Positions 1 through 9,351 of a stretch of DNA of 64,000 nt are shown here, piece after piece. A model generated the notes under the pieces. That model saw only the letters and a list, made by a program, of their open reading frames with translations, ran no database searches and was not told where the DNA came from. How positions within the stretch are numbered: position 1 is the first letter of the stretch; every line of letters begins with the position of its first letter. The DNA comes from an uncultured Chloroflexia bacterium (GTDB lineage Bacteria > Chloroflexota > Anaerolineae > CG2-30-64-16), in NCBI GenBank assembly GCA_963774265.1, contig CAVZDU010000006.1, positions 288,001-352,000 of the forward strand. Reading direction: 5' to 3'. Made by a program: the position numbers and the translations under genes.

Positions 1-1635
1 CTGACCCGAGAACATGAAGACGACCTCTCGCTCACGGGGCGCTTGAGTTGAAGTGATCACCTGCTTAGGATCGAGAGGGTCCAACGCAGATAGGGCATCC
101 TCGACGCTCTGGCATACCAGCATCCTCCGTCTCTCGAAGGCTCGTCGCCCGGTCTGAAGCGTGAATGCAACATCGGCAAGATTGACATCAGGGTGCTGCC
201 GGAGATGCCCAACCAGATTTTCGGTCGCCTGGGCCAGCGCAGCGTCAGACCTGGCAGAAAGCAGAAGGAGCTGGTGAGCTCTGCTGGACCCAGTGGGCTT
301 AGCACGTGGGGCTTCTTCCAGGATGATGTGAGCATTCGTCCCGCCAAGCCCAAAGGAGCTGACCGCCGCCCGACGGGGTGTGGCGCCCGCGGGCCAGGGG
401 GACAACTGGCTATTCACATAAAACGGGCTATTGACAAAGTCAATCTCCGGGTTGGGGCGCTCAAAGTTCAGGCTAGGCGGGATTTGGCCATGGTCAAGGG
501 CAAGGACCGCCTTAATGACCCCGGCCACGCCGGCACCAGCATCGAGATGTCCGATATTAGTCTTAAGCGAACCGATGGGACAGTAGGCTTTCTTGTCCGT
601 CCATCGCCGATAGGCCTCAGTCAGAGCGGCAATCTCAATCGGATCGCCCAGGGATGTCCCAGTTCCGTGGGCCTCAACGTACCCTATCGATTCGGGGGTG
701 ACGTCGGCAACGGCGAGAGCCTCACTGATGACCCTGGCCTGGCCCTGGATGCTTGGGGCGGTAAATCCGACCTTCTGAGCTCCATCATTGTTAACGGCAG
801 AGCCCTTGATCACGGCATATACGCGGTCACCATCCCGGATGGCCTCAGGCAGGCGCTTGAGTACGACCAGGGCGACGCCGCTGCCGCTGACTGTGCCACG
901 GGCTTTAGCGTCAAAGGCCCGGCACTGACCATCAGGTGAATGAATGCCCCCTTCTTCATACTGATAGCCCGCCTTCAAGGGTACACCGATCCTGCCTCCG
1001 CCGGCCAGGGCCATATCACACTCATTGTTCAGTAGACTCTGACAGGCCATGTGGATGGCAACACCTGATGTCGAGCAAGCGGTGCCCACACTCACACTCG
1101 GTCCCGTCAGGTTTAATTTGAACGAAACCCGGGTGATCGCATACTCCTTTTCACTCGCGAGAAGCACCGCGTAGCGGCCGAGCAACTCAAGCATATCGGG
1201 TCTTGTTGCCAGGTTCCTCCGAAAATAGGTGTTCGGCCCCACGCCTGCGAAAACTCCAATCGGACCCGGGTAGCCTTCCGGATCGTAGCCCGCATCCTCG
1301 AGTGCTTCCCAAGCTGTCTCCAGAAGGACCCGGTGCTGGGGATCCATGATCTCGGCTTCTCGGGAGTTGATGCCAAAAAACGAGGCGTCAAAGGCGTCCG
1401 CGTCCGGCATGACCGCGCCGGCATTGACAAAAGACGGCTTTGCGAGCGTCATTTCGTCAACGCCGGATGCGGCTAATTCCTCTGCAGTGAACGGTCTGAT
1501 CGATCCAAGACCATCTCGCAGGTTGTGCCAGAACTCATCGACATTTCTGGCGTCAGGAAAACGACCAGCCATACCAATGATGGCTACGCCAAAGAGATCC
1601 TTGTCGCTGGCTGGTTCAAAGTCTTTCATTTGCAT
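1..1635 (-). CDS. Type I polyketide synthase, KS domain and start of AT domain (partial, runs off window edge)
   Basis: Manual minus-strand translation from ATG 1635/1629 gives MQMKDFEPASDKDLFGVAIIGMAGRFPDARNVDEFWHNLRDG, then the KS active-site GPSVSVGTACSTSGVAIHMA, VEAHGTGTSLGDPIE and SLKTNIGHLDAGAGVAG. AT-start motif REVVFMFSGQ lies at the edge. Absent from the ORF track because no stop lies in the window. Confidence 0.95.
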   Translation of the reverse strand, partial: MQMKDFEPASDKDLFGVAIIGMAGRFPDARNVDEFWHNLRDGLGSIRPFTAEELAASGVDEMTLAKPSFVNAGAVMPDADAFDASFFGINSREAEIMDPQHRVLLETAWEALEDAGYDPEGYPGPIGVFAGVGPNTYFRRNLATRPDMLELLGRYAVLLASEKEYAITRVSFKLNLTGPSVSVGTACSTSGVAIHMACQSLLNNECDMALAGGGRIGVPLKAGYQYEEGGIHSPDGQCRAFDAKARGTVSGSGVALVVLKRLPEAIRDGDRVYAVIKGSAVNNDGAQKVGFTAPSIQGQARVISEALAVADVTPESIGYVEAHGTGTSLGDPIEIAALTEAYRRWTDKKAYCPIGSLKTNIGHLDAGAGVAGVIKAVLALDHGQIPPSLNFERPNPEIDFVNSPFYVNSQLSPWPAGATPRRAAVSSFGLGGTNAHIILEEAPRAKPTGSSRAHQLLLLSARSDAALAQATENLVGHLRQHPDVNLADVAFTLQTGRRAFERRRMLVCQSVEDALSALDPLDPKQVITSTQAPREREVVFMFSGQ

Positions 1636-1772
1636 TCTCTATTTACGTTGTATCTGCATTGTCGCCACCGCAACATCGTCTCTCGACGCGCCTCTCCCCG
1701 ATCAACGCCTTTCTGTAAATTCACTACGATCAAAAGAATGCTCTCCTCTCCTGCCGCAAACCCTTGCGCTGC

Positions 1773-3707
1773 TTAGGGCGCCGGGGCCGTGGCTTGCGCC
1801 TGGAGGATGAGCGGCAGGAGGATACGATGCGGCTCGACCGTCAGCACAAAGGATGCGCTGGCCTCCAAATCTCCATCGCTCACAGTGATGGTGACTACTG
1901 CAGTGCCCACGATTCCCGGCTTGGGAGTGATAACCAGGGTGCGAGCCTTCCCAGTGCCGCCAAAAGTGACGCCGTTCAGCGGATCGACCAACGCCGGATT
2001 CGATGTGGTGAAGGTCAGGCTCAAGCTGGCGGCTGGCGTGTCGCTATCGTCGACGGTAAAGGGCACCGGTCCCACTGCAACGCCGGCCAGGGTGACCTGG
2101 TCAGGGATTGCGGAGATGGTTGGCCCGGCGTCGTTGGCCCCCGTGACGGTGATGATCACCTGAGCGCTATCCGTCAGGCCAACGGCGTCGGCAACCGTAT
2201 AGGTGAAGATATCCTCGGCCTGTTCGCCCGCGCCGAGAGAGTCGAACTCGCCGGCCGGGTCATAGTCGAAGGTGCCGTCGCCATTGTAAGTGAGTGTGCC
2301 GATCAGCGTGCTGTCGTCGTAGTTGATTAGGTTGATGGGGCCGCCGCCAGGGTCGCTGTCGTTGTTCAGCACATTCCCGGTCGTGAAAGCGGTTTCCTCG
2401 TCGGTGGTGTAGGTCGTGCCGCTGTCGTTGGCCGCAGCTGGGGGTGTCGTATCGACGGTCCAGGTGTAGGCAGCGGGGCTGGGGTCTGGGTTGCCGGCGC
2501 CATCGACCGCCCGCACCCTGAAGGTGCGGTTGCCATCGGTCAGGGCCGGGGTGGTGTAGGGGCTGGCGCAGGTGAACCAGCCACTGTTATCCAGTTGGCA
2601 CTCGAAGCCGGCCAGGCCGCTGCCGCCGGGATCGCTACCGGTGAAAGCAAAAGTGGGCGTGTTGTCCCGGTCCGGGTTGGGTGGGATGGCGGTGAGCGTG
2701 GTGTCGGGTGGGGTGGTGTCCGGGGGTGAGGGGAGGGTCATTTCGAATACCCTGCCATCGTTCTCCTCCGGATTCACGTCATTGTCGACGCCCCTGTCGC
2801 TGATGTAGATGTGCGTTACAGCAGGGTTCTGACTGCTGGGGCCAATGGTCAGGTCTGATGGGAGGATCGGATTTGCCGCCGAGATGTCGATCATCCAGAC
2901 CAAATTGCCACTCGTAGTCACCACCGCCACCATGTTGCTGAGTTGCTGGCCGCAGAGATACAGAAGGCCATTGGCGGGGTTGAAGGCGATACCCTCGAGT
3001 GCAGTAACCGCGAAGCCTGCCGTGTCGAAGCTTGTTACTTGATCATCTCCTTCAGGTGCGATGCCGTCAAACACACCGTTGGCGCCTGGCGTGACTTTGT
3101 AGACTTCGGCATTTGTATAGTCAGCGATGAAAAGCATGTCCAGGTCGGCCGAGTATGCAACGCCCAACGGTTTGAGACTGCCAAATGCTGCCGTGCCGAA
3201 AGACGTGATGGCGTCATCCAGCGTGCCATAGACCCCGTCAGCACCTGGGGCCATCTCAAAAACGCTGTCGGCATCGTCATCCACAAAGAAGAGATGCCCG
3301 TTATCGGGATTGAAGCTGACCCCCTCAGGCTCAGCTGAGAATGGTATCGTGCTTGAGGTGCGGATCACGTTGCCAGAAAGGCCGATTTCCCACAGATTGA
3401 CATCCGCATACAACAGCGGCATCTCTTCGATTTCAGAGTCGGAGATCAGCAGTCTGTTCGATGAGCTGAGGTATGCTATGCCTGTCGGGTCAGGACTGGG
3501 CGGGGAGAACTGCGAGGTATTGATGGTTCGCACCAGCGAAGCCACGTACGTGTCGGCTTCAGGAGCCGTAGGCTGGGCAGCCGGTTCCTCTTGTGCAAAG
3601 GCGGCTGAACTCATCGCAAATGAGAGGATCAAGACCAGCCCTACAAATGCCGCCAGCCGACCTGACGATGGAAATCTCACTGGATGGTGCGCATTCTTGT
3701 CCACCAT
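1773..3707 (-). CDS. Secreted/surface protein: signal peptide, beta-propeller-like repeat region, Ig-like and VCBS/cadherin-like domains, C-terminal RILLPLIL motif (copy 2)
   Basis: 644-aa ORF with hydrophobic signal ending AFA-Q, repeated propeller-like motifs (EPEGVSF, GIAFNP), DTTPPDT..YTWTVDTTPP, VLNNDSDP and ITVTGAND. Near-identical to 3910..5865. Confidence 0.85.
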   Translation of the reverse strand: MVDKNAHHPVRFPSSGRLAAFVGLVLILSFAMSSAAFAQEEPAAQPTAPEADTYVASLVRTINTSQFSPPSPDPTGIAYLSSSNRLLISDSEIEEMPLLYADVNLWEIGLSGNVIRTSSTIPFSAEPEGVSFNPDNGHLFFVDDDADSVFEMAPGADGVYGTLDDAITSFGTAAFGSLKPLGVAYSADLDMLFIADYTNAEVYKVTPGANGVFDGIAPEGDDQVTSFDTAGFAVTALEGIAFNPANGLLYLCGQQLSNMVAVVTTSGNLVWMIDISAANPILPSDLTIGPSSQNPAVTHIYISDRGVDNDVNPEENDGRVFEMTLPSPPDTTPPDTTLTAIPPNPDRDNTPTFAFTGSDPGGSGLAGFECQLDNSGWFTCASPYTTPALTDGNRTFRVRAVDGAGNPDPSPAAYTWTVDTTPPAAANDSGTTYTTDEETAFTTGNVLNNDSDPGGGPINLINYDDSTLIGTLTYNGDGTFDYDPAGEFDSLGAGEQAEDIFTYTVADAVGLTDSAQVIITVTGANDAGPTISAIPDQVTLAGVAVGPVPFTVDDSDTPAASLSLTFTTSNPALVDPLNGVTFGGTGKARTLVITPKPGIVGTAVVTITVSDGDLEASASFVLTVEPHRILLPLILQAQATAPAP

Positions 3708-3827
3708 TCAAAGCAACCCCTTTCAGGTTTGTGAATATCAAGAGGCGTGATAGTTACTTCACACAATTCGCAGTGGGCCCGGAAAATAAGCGAGAAGTGC
3801 TCACTGAGATAAAAGAATGCTCCCCTC

Positions 3828-3887
3828 TCCTGCTGCACGGCACCGGCTGCGTCGACTGTAGATCGCAGCCGGTGCCGTGCAGCAGGA
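3828..3887. repeat. Perfect 24-bp inverted repeat (stem-loop) between the two duplicated genes
   Basis: TCCTGCTGCACGGCACCGGCTGCG (3828-3851), 12-nt loop, CGCAGCCGGTGCCGTGCAGCAGGA (3864-3887). Confidence 0.95.
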
Positions 3888-3909
3888 CCGCCGCAAGCCC
3901 TTGCGCTGC

Positions 3910-5865
3910 TTAGGGCGCCGGGGCTGCGGCTTGCGCCTGGAGGATGAGCGGCAGGAGGATACGATGCGGCTCGACCGTCAGCACAAAGGATGCGCTGGCC
4001 TCCAAATCCCCATCGCTCACAGTGATGGTGACTACTGCAGTGCCCACGATTCCCGGCTTGGGAGTGATAACCAGGGTGCGAGCCTTCCCAGTGCCGCCAA
4101 AAGTGACACCGTTCAGCGGATCGACCAACGCCGGATTCGATGTGGTGAAGGTCAGGCTCAAGCTGGCGGCTGGCGTGTCGCTATCGTCGACGGTAAAGGG
4201 CACCGGTCCCACTGCGACGCCGGCCAGGGTGACCTGGTCAGGGATTGCGGAGATGGTTGGCCCGGCGTCGTTGGCCCCCGTGACGGTGATGATCACCTGA
4301 GCGCTATCCGTCAGGCCAACGGCGTCGGCAACCGTATAGGTGAAGATATCCTCGGCCTGTTCGCCCGCGCCGAGAGAGTCGAACTCGCCGGCCGGGTCAT
4401 AGTCGAAGGTGCCGTCGCCATTATAAGTGAGTGTGCCGATCAGCGTGCTGTCGTCGTAGTTGATTAGGTTGATGGGGCCGCCGCCAGGGTCGCTGTCGTT
4501 GTTCAGCACATTCCCGGTCGTGAACGCGGTTTTCTCGTCGGTGGTGTAGGTTGTGCCGCTGTCGTTGGCCGCAGCTGGGGGTGTCGTATCGACGGTCCAG
4601 GTGTAGGCAGCGGGGCTGGGGTCTGGGTTGCCGGCGCCATCGACCGCCCGCGCCCTGAAGGTGCGGTTGCCGTCGGTCAGGGCCGGGGTGGTGTAAGGGC
4701 TGGCGCAGGTGAACCAGCCACTGTTATCCAGTTGGCACTCGAAGCCGGCCACGCCGCTGCCGCCGGGATCGCTACCGGTGAAAGCAAAAGTGGGCGTGTT
4801 GTCCCGGTCCGGGTTGGGTGGGATGGCGGTGAGCGTGGTGTCGGGTGGAGTGGTGTCCGAGGATGAGGGGAGGGTCATTTCGAATACCCTGCCGTCGTTC
4901 TCCTCCGGATTCACGTCATTGTCGACGCCCCTATCGCTGATGTAGATGTGCGTTACAGCGGGGTTCTGACTGCTGGGGCCAATGGTCAGGTCTGATGGAT
5001 TGATCGGATTTGCCGCCGAGATGTCGATCATCCAGGCCAAATTGCCACTCGTAGTCACCACCGCCACCATGTTGCTGGGTTGTTGGCCGCAGAGATACAG
5101 AAGGCCATTGGCGGGGTTGAAGGCGATGCCCTCAATTGCAGCGACTCCGAAACCTGCCGTGTCAAAACTTGTTACTTGATCATCTCCTTCAGGTGCGACG
5201 CCGTCAAACACACCGTTGGCGCCTGGCGTGACTTTGTAGACTTCGGCGTTTGTATAGTCAGCGATGAAAAGCATGTCCAGGTCGGCCGAGTATGCAACGC
5301 CCAACGGTTTGAGACTGCCAAATGCTGCCGTGCCGAAAGACGTGATGGCGTCATCCAGCGTGCCATAGACCCCGTCAGCACCTGGGGCCATCTCAAAGAC
5401 CGTAACTTGATCGTCATCCACAAAGAAGAGATGCCCGTTATCGGGATTGTAGCTGACCCCCTCTGGTTCGTAATATGCATAATACGGGAAAACGACCGTG
5501 CTTGAAGTGCGGAGCACGTTGCCAGAAAGGCCGATTTCCCACAGATTGACATCCGCATACAACAGCGGCATCTCTTCGATTTCAGAGTCGGAGATCAGCA
5601 GTCTGTTCGATGAGCTGAGGTATGCTATGCCTGTCGGGTCAGGACTGGGCGGGGAGAACTGCGAGGTATTGATGGTTCGCACCAGCGAAGCCACGTACGT
5701 GTCGGCTTCAGGGGCCGTGGGCTGGGCAGCCGGATCGTCCTGTGCAAAGGCGGCTGAACTCATCACTAACGAGAGGATCAAGATCAGCCCTACAAATACT
5801 GCCAACCGACCTGACGATGGAAATCTCACTGGATGACTCTCATACGTTTTCATCATTAGAAGCAA
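3910..5865 (-). CDS. Secreted/surface protein, paralog of 1773..3707 (copy 1)
   Basis: 651-aa ORF with the same architecture and near-identical sequence. Confidence 0.85.
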   Translation of the reverse strand: MLLMMKTYESHPVRFPSSGRLAVFVGLILILSLVMSSAAFAQDDPAAQPTAPEADTYVASLVRTINTSQFSPPSPDPTGIAYLSSSNRLLISDSEIEEMPLLYADVNLWEIGLSGNVLRTSSTVVFPYYAYYEPEGVSYNPDNGHLFFVDDDQVTVFEMAPGADGVYGTLDDAITSFGTAAFGSLKPLGVAYSADLDMLFIADYTNAEVYKVTPGANGVFDGVAPEGDDQVTSFDTAGFGVAAIEGIAFNPANGLLYLCGQQPSNMVAVVTTSGNLAWMIDISAANPINPSDLTIGPSSQNPAVTHIYISDRGVDNDVNPEENDGRVFEMTLPSSSDTTPPDTTLTAIPPNPDRDNTPTFAFTGSDPGGSGVAGFECQLDNSGWFTCASPYTTPALTDGNRTFRARAVDGAGNPDPSPAAYTWTVDTTPPAAANDSGTTYTTDEKTAFTTGNVLNNDSDPGGGPINLINYDDSTLIGTLTYNGDGTFDYDPAGEFDSLGAGEQAEDIFTYTVADAVGLTDSAQVIITVTGANDAGPTISAIPDQVTLAGVAVGPVPFTVDDSDTPAASLSLTFTTSNPALVDPLNGVTFGGTGKARTLVITPKPGIVGTAVVTITVSDGDLEASASFVLTVEPHRILLPLILQAQAAAPAP

Positions 5866-6024
5866 CCCCTTTCAAATTCATGGATTTCTGGGCCTTTGTG
5901 GCCGCTTGCCGAGCGTATCCGTTTCCCCTATCAGGATGACAGGGATCAATTGAAGGCGATACACAAAAGATCCGTCTCGTCGGCTGATTATACGTTGCTC
6001 GTCGATATTCTGCGTACCTGCCTT

Positions 6025-9000
6025 TCATCTCGGTTGTCGGCGCCTCATCATGGCTTCTCGGCGCGCCATTCCTCGATCAACACCTTGCTGTGACGTGGTT
6101 TGATCGCCACCGCCCCGATCCTGGCTCAGATACCGGGCCAAAGCACGGATGGTAGGGAATCTGAACATGTCGGTAATATTGAGTTCCCTATCAGTTACTT
6201 CGGACAGCCGGCGGTGGGCCTGGATGATAAGCAAGGAATGTCCACCTAGATCAAAGAAACTGTCGTCGACGCCCACCCTTTCCACTTGCAGCAGCTCCTG
6301 CCAAATACCGGCAATGGCTCTCTCCAATCCATCTTTTGGCGCCGAATAAGCCTCCTCTGGTTGGCCTTCCCATCTCGGGGCCGGTAGACTCTGTCTGCTC
6401 ACTTTGCCATTGGGCGTCAGTGGTAGGGCCTCCAACCGCACGAAGGCGGCAGGCACCATATATTCCGGCAGCCTCTCTTTGAGATAATCACGCAACTCAT
6501 TGATGCGAAGCGGCGACTCAGGTCTTGGCACGACATAGGCCACCAATCGTTTGTCGCCAGGAACATCCTCGCGCGCCAGGGTAACCGCTTCACGGACCGC
6601 TGGGTGCTGGCTCAAGACCGCCTCAATTTCTCCTAGTTCGATTCGGAAACCCCGCACCTTTACCTGGAAATCGAGCCGGCCCAGGAACTCGATGTTGCCA
6701 TCCGATCGGTAACGGACACGATCCCCGGTTCTGAAGAGGCGGGCCTCCGGATCCTTGCTGAACGGGTCAGGCACGAACTTCTCGGCTGTCAGCTCGGGAC
6801 GGTTCAGATACCCCCGCGCGACCTGGACACCCCCAATGTATAACTCCCCTGCTACTCCGATGGGCGACGGCAGCCCGTTTCGATCAAGGATATACAACTG
6901 GGTATTGGCCACCGGTCGGCCAATGGGCACTACCCTACTCGGATCGCCCTCAGGCCGGCATTGCCAATAGCTGACATCCACGGCTGCTTCTGTCGGACCG
7001 TAAAGATTGTGCAGTTCTGCGTCCAGCCGCTCAAAGAACCGCTGCTGAAGGTCGTAGGGCAGAGCCTCACCGCTGCAGATGATGTGCTTGAGGGATCGAC
7101 ACGCTTCGACATCCTTGTCCTCAAGAAACAACTGAAGCATGGAGGGCACAAAATGGATCGTGGTGATCTTCTGGTCGATGATCGTGCTAACAAGATAGGC
7201 ACTGTCCTTGTGCCCCCCCGGCCGGGCCACGACCAAACGCGCTCCTATCAACAGCGGCCAGAAGAACTCCCAGACCGATACATCAAAACTGAAGGGGGTC
7301 TTCTGGAGAACCCGATCTGCCTCGGTCAATCGGTAAGCATCCTGCATCCAGAGTAAACGGTTGCAGATCCCACGGTGGGTGTTCATCACCCCTTTGGGCC
7401 TCCCTGTTGATCCCGAGGTATAGATCACGTAGGCCAGATTCTCAGCCGTTGCCCTACTGGCCGGGTTATCTGCACTCTCCTGAGCGACCGTCGCCCAATC
7501 GAAATCAAGACAAATTACCTGCGCACCATGCTCTGGCAGGCTTGCCGCCCACTTCTTCTGGGTGAGCAGCACTTGCACCTGAGCATCTTGGAGCATGAAG
7601 GCCACCCGGTCGGCAGGATACTCCGGGTCCAGCGGCACGTACGCCCCTCCTGCTTTGAGGATGCCGTAGAGTGCAATGACCATTTCCACGGTGCGCTCCA
7701 TGTGCACCCCCACCAGCACCTCCGGCCCCACCCCGTGCCGCTGCAGGTAATGCGCCAACTGGTTCGCTCGGCGGTTCAGTTCTCCATAAGTCAGTTGCCC
7801 GCCTTCAAAAACCACTGCCACAGCCTCCGGTGCCCGCTTCACCTGGGCCTCAAACAGGTCGTGAAGGCATATGCCCGGCGGATAGTCAGCCCGGGTGTGA
7901 TTCCACTCCACCAACAATTGATGTCGCTCGGCTGCGGTCAAGATGGGTAGATCTGACATCGGCCTGTCGAGGTTGTCGGCCATACCCTCCAGCAGCGTTT
8001 TCAGATGTGCAAGCATTCGTTCGATCGTCGCATCGTCAAATCGCCGTCTGTCAAAGAGCATCCGGAGTAGTAGTTCTGGCTCACCGTATGCGTGCAGCAC
8101 GAGAGCAAAAGCGGGGTCTTCAATGACGGAAAACTCTCTGTTGAGCCAACGTCCCCCTCGTTCTCGCAGCCTGGTATTCAGCCGGGCATGATCGAACACA
8201 ACGATGGTTTCGAACAACGGCGTCCCTCGCGGTACGTCACTCCACCCCATCACATGACTGATTGGCGTCTGCTCGTGATCCCTGACCGCGACGTGTTGCT
8301 CTCTAAGCTCTTCCAGCCATGGAACCAGATTCTTACCAGAAGAGATGCGCACTCGCACCGGCAGAGTGTTCAAGAAGAGCCCCACGATCGAACCGGCTCC
8401 CTTGATCGTCGATTGACGGCATGCTCTCACAGCCCCAAAGACCACATCCTCCGCATCGGCATAACGGCTCAATAACAGAGCCCAGGCTCCCTGAACGAGC
8501 GCGTTGAGAGTAAGATCATGTTGTCGTACAACAGTCTCCAAACGTGAAGTTGTGGACTCCGCGAGTCGAATTTCCCGTTCTCCGCGCTTCTCTCGACCGT
8601 CATTTGGGCTTCCAGTGCGGGAAATCGTATCCAGCGCGATGGGTGCTGTAAAGCCCTTCAACAACTGCCGCCAGTACGGTTCCGATCCTGATGCACCTTT
8701 CTGTCGCAGCCAATCGATATGATCGCGATAGGGCCGCGGGCATTCTAACTCGAGATCACGACCCTCACAATACGCATCGTAGAAGGCGAACACTTCCCTT
8801 ACCAGGATGTGACGGGCCCATCCATCGGCGATGATGTGGTGGTAGGTGCAAACGAGTTCATAGTCTGCGTCGCCAATTCGGAAAAGGGCCAGGCGCATAA
8901 GAGGTGCTTGGGTGAGATCAAATCCTCTCTTCCGATCCAGCTTCAGGAATTGCTCAAATCGACTTAGTTGGCTTGCCGATGTCAGATCTCGCCAATCCTG

Positions 9001-9339
9001 GTCTTCAATCGTGAGACCGATATGGTTATGCACATCTTGCAAGGGCTCGCGAGTCCCCTCCCATCGGAAACTGGTTCGCAAGACAGGGTGTCTCATCAAG
9101 ACCTGTTCCCAGGCCCTCTGGAAGAGAGGAATGTTCAGTCCCTCATGCAACGAACAAAGCACCTGCTGCATGTACAACCCGGACTTGGGGTCGAGTTGAT
9201 ATTGAAACAGCATCGCCTGCTGCATAGGAGACAGCGGGTATGTATCTTCGACGTTCCCGGTTCTCATCTCCTCATTCTCCTGGGCAGGGCGAAACACTCC
9301 ACCACCGGCTGCTCTGGCGTAAGTCGCAATCCGCTCCAC
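6025..9339 (-). CDS. Single-module NRPS (C-A-PCP), A domain predicted to activate serine
   Basis: C domain: YPLSPMQQ, HHIIADGW. A domain: YVIYTSGSTGRPKG, FDVSVWE, HFVPSML, CSGEAL, NLYGPTEAAVDVS, giving a pocket code of about DVWHISLVDK (Ser-type). PCP: FFDLGGHSLL. No TE domain. Alternative start ATG 9267. Confidence 0.95.
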   Translation of the reverse strand: MERIATYARAAGGGVFRPAQENEEMRTGNVEDTYPLSPMQQAMLFQYQLDPKSGLYMQQVLCSLHEGLNIPLFQRAWEQVLMRHPVLRTSFRWEGTREPLQDVHNHIGLTIEDQDWRDLTSASQLSRFEQFLKLDRKRGFDLTQAPLMRLALFRIGDADYELVCTYHHIIADGWARHILVREVFAFYDAYCEGRDLELECPRPYRDHIDWLRQKGASGSEPYWRQLLKGFTAPIALDTISRTGSPNDGREKRGEREIRLAESTTSRLETVVRQHDLTLNALVQGAWALLLSRYADAEDVVFGAVRACRQSTIKGAGSIVGLFLNTLPVRVRISSGKNLVPWLEELREQHVAVRDHEQTPISHVMGWSDVPRGTPLFETIVVFDHARLNTRLRERGGRWLNREFSVIEDPAFALVLHAYGEPELLLRMLFDRRRFDDATIERMLAHLKTLLEGMADNLDRPMSDLPILTAAERHQLLVEWNHTRADYPPGICLHDLFEAQVKRAPEAVAVVFEGGQLTYGELNRRANQLAHYLQRHGVGPEVLVGVHMERTVEMVIALYGILKAGGAYVPLDPEYPADRVAFMLQDAQVQVLLTQKKWAASLPEHGAQVICLDFDWATVAQESADNPASRATAENLAYVIYTSGSTGRPKGVMNTHRGICNRLLWMQDAYRLTEADRVLQKTPFSFDVSVWEFFWPLLIGARLVVARPGGHKDSAYLVSTIIDQKITTIHFVPSMLQLFLEDKDVEACRSLKHIICSGEALPYDLQQRFFERLDAELHNLYGPTEAAVDVSYWQCRPEGDPSRVVPIGRPVANTQLYILDRNGLPSPIGVAGELYIGGVQVARGYLNRPELTAEKFVPDPFSKDPEARLFRTGDRVRYRSDGNIEFLGRLDFQVKVRGFRIELGEIEAVLSQHPAVREAVTLAREDVPGDKRLVAYVVPRPESPLRINELRDYLKERLPEYMVPAAFVRLEALPLTPNGKVSRQSLPAPRWEGQPEEAYSAPKDGLERAIAGIWQELLQVERVGVDDSFFDLGGHSLLIIQAHRRLSEVTDRELNITDMFRFPTIRALARYLSQDRGGGDQTTSQQGVDRGMARREAMMRRRQPR

Positions 9340-9351
9340 ATTCGGATAGAC

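Larger units (their letters stand above)
1731..5875. repeat. ~2-kb tandem duplication (approx. 1731-3726 and 3810-5875)
   Basis: Shared flanks AAAAGAATGCTC..CTCTCCTG and AAGCAACCCCTTTCA bracket both copies. Long identical nucleotide stretches with scattered substitutions and short indels. Confidence 0.9.

Noticed and set aside
193-939. 248-aa plus-strand ORF and the many other long antisense ORFs (e.g. 40256-41281, 47881-49161, 54299-55459, 59391-60551)
   Set aside because: They are shadows of real GC-rich genes on the opposite strand and carry no recognisable motifs.
1773-5865. Diversity-generating retroelement TR/VR pair
   Set aside because: Both copies are whole genes, the differences include indels and do not appear adenine-restricted, and no reverse transcriptase is in the window.
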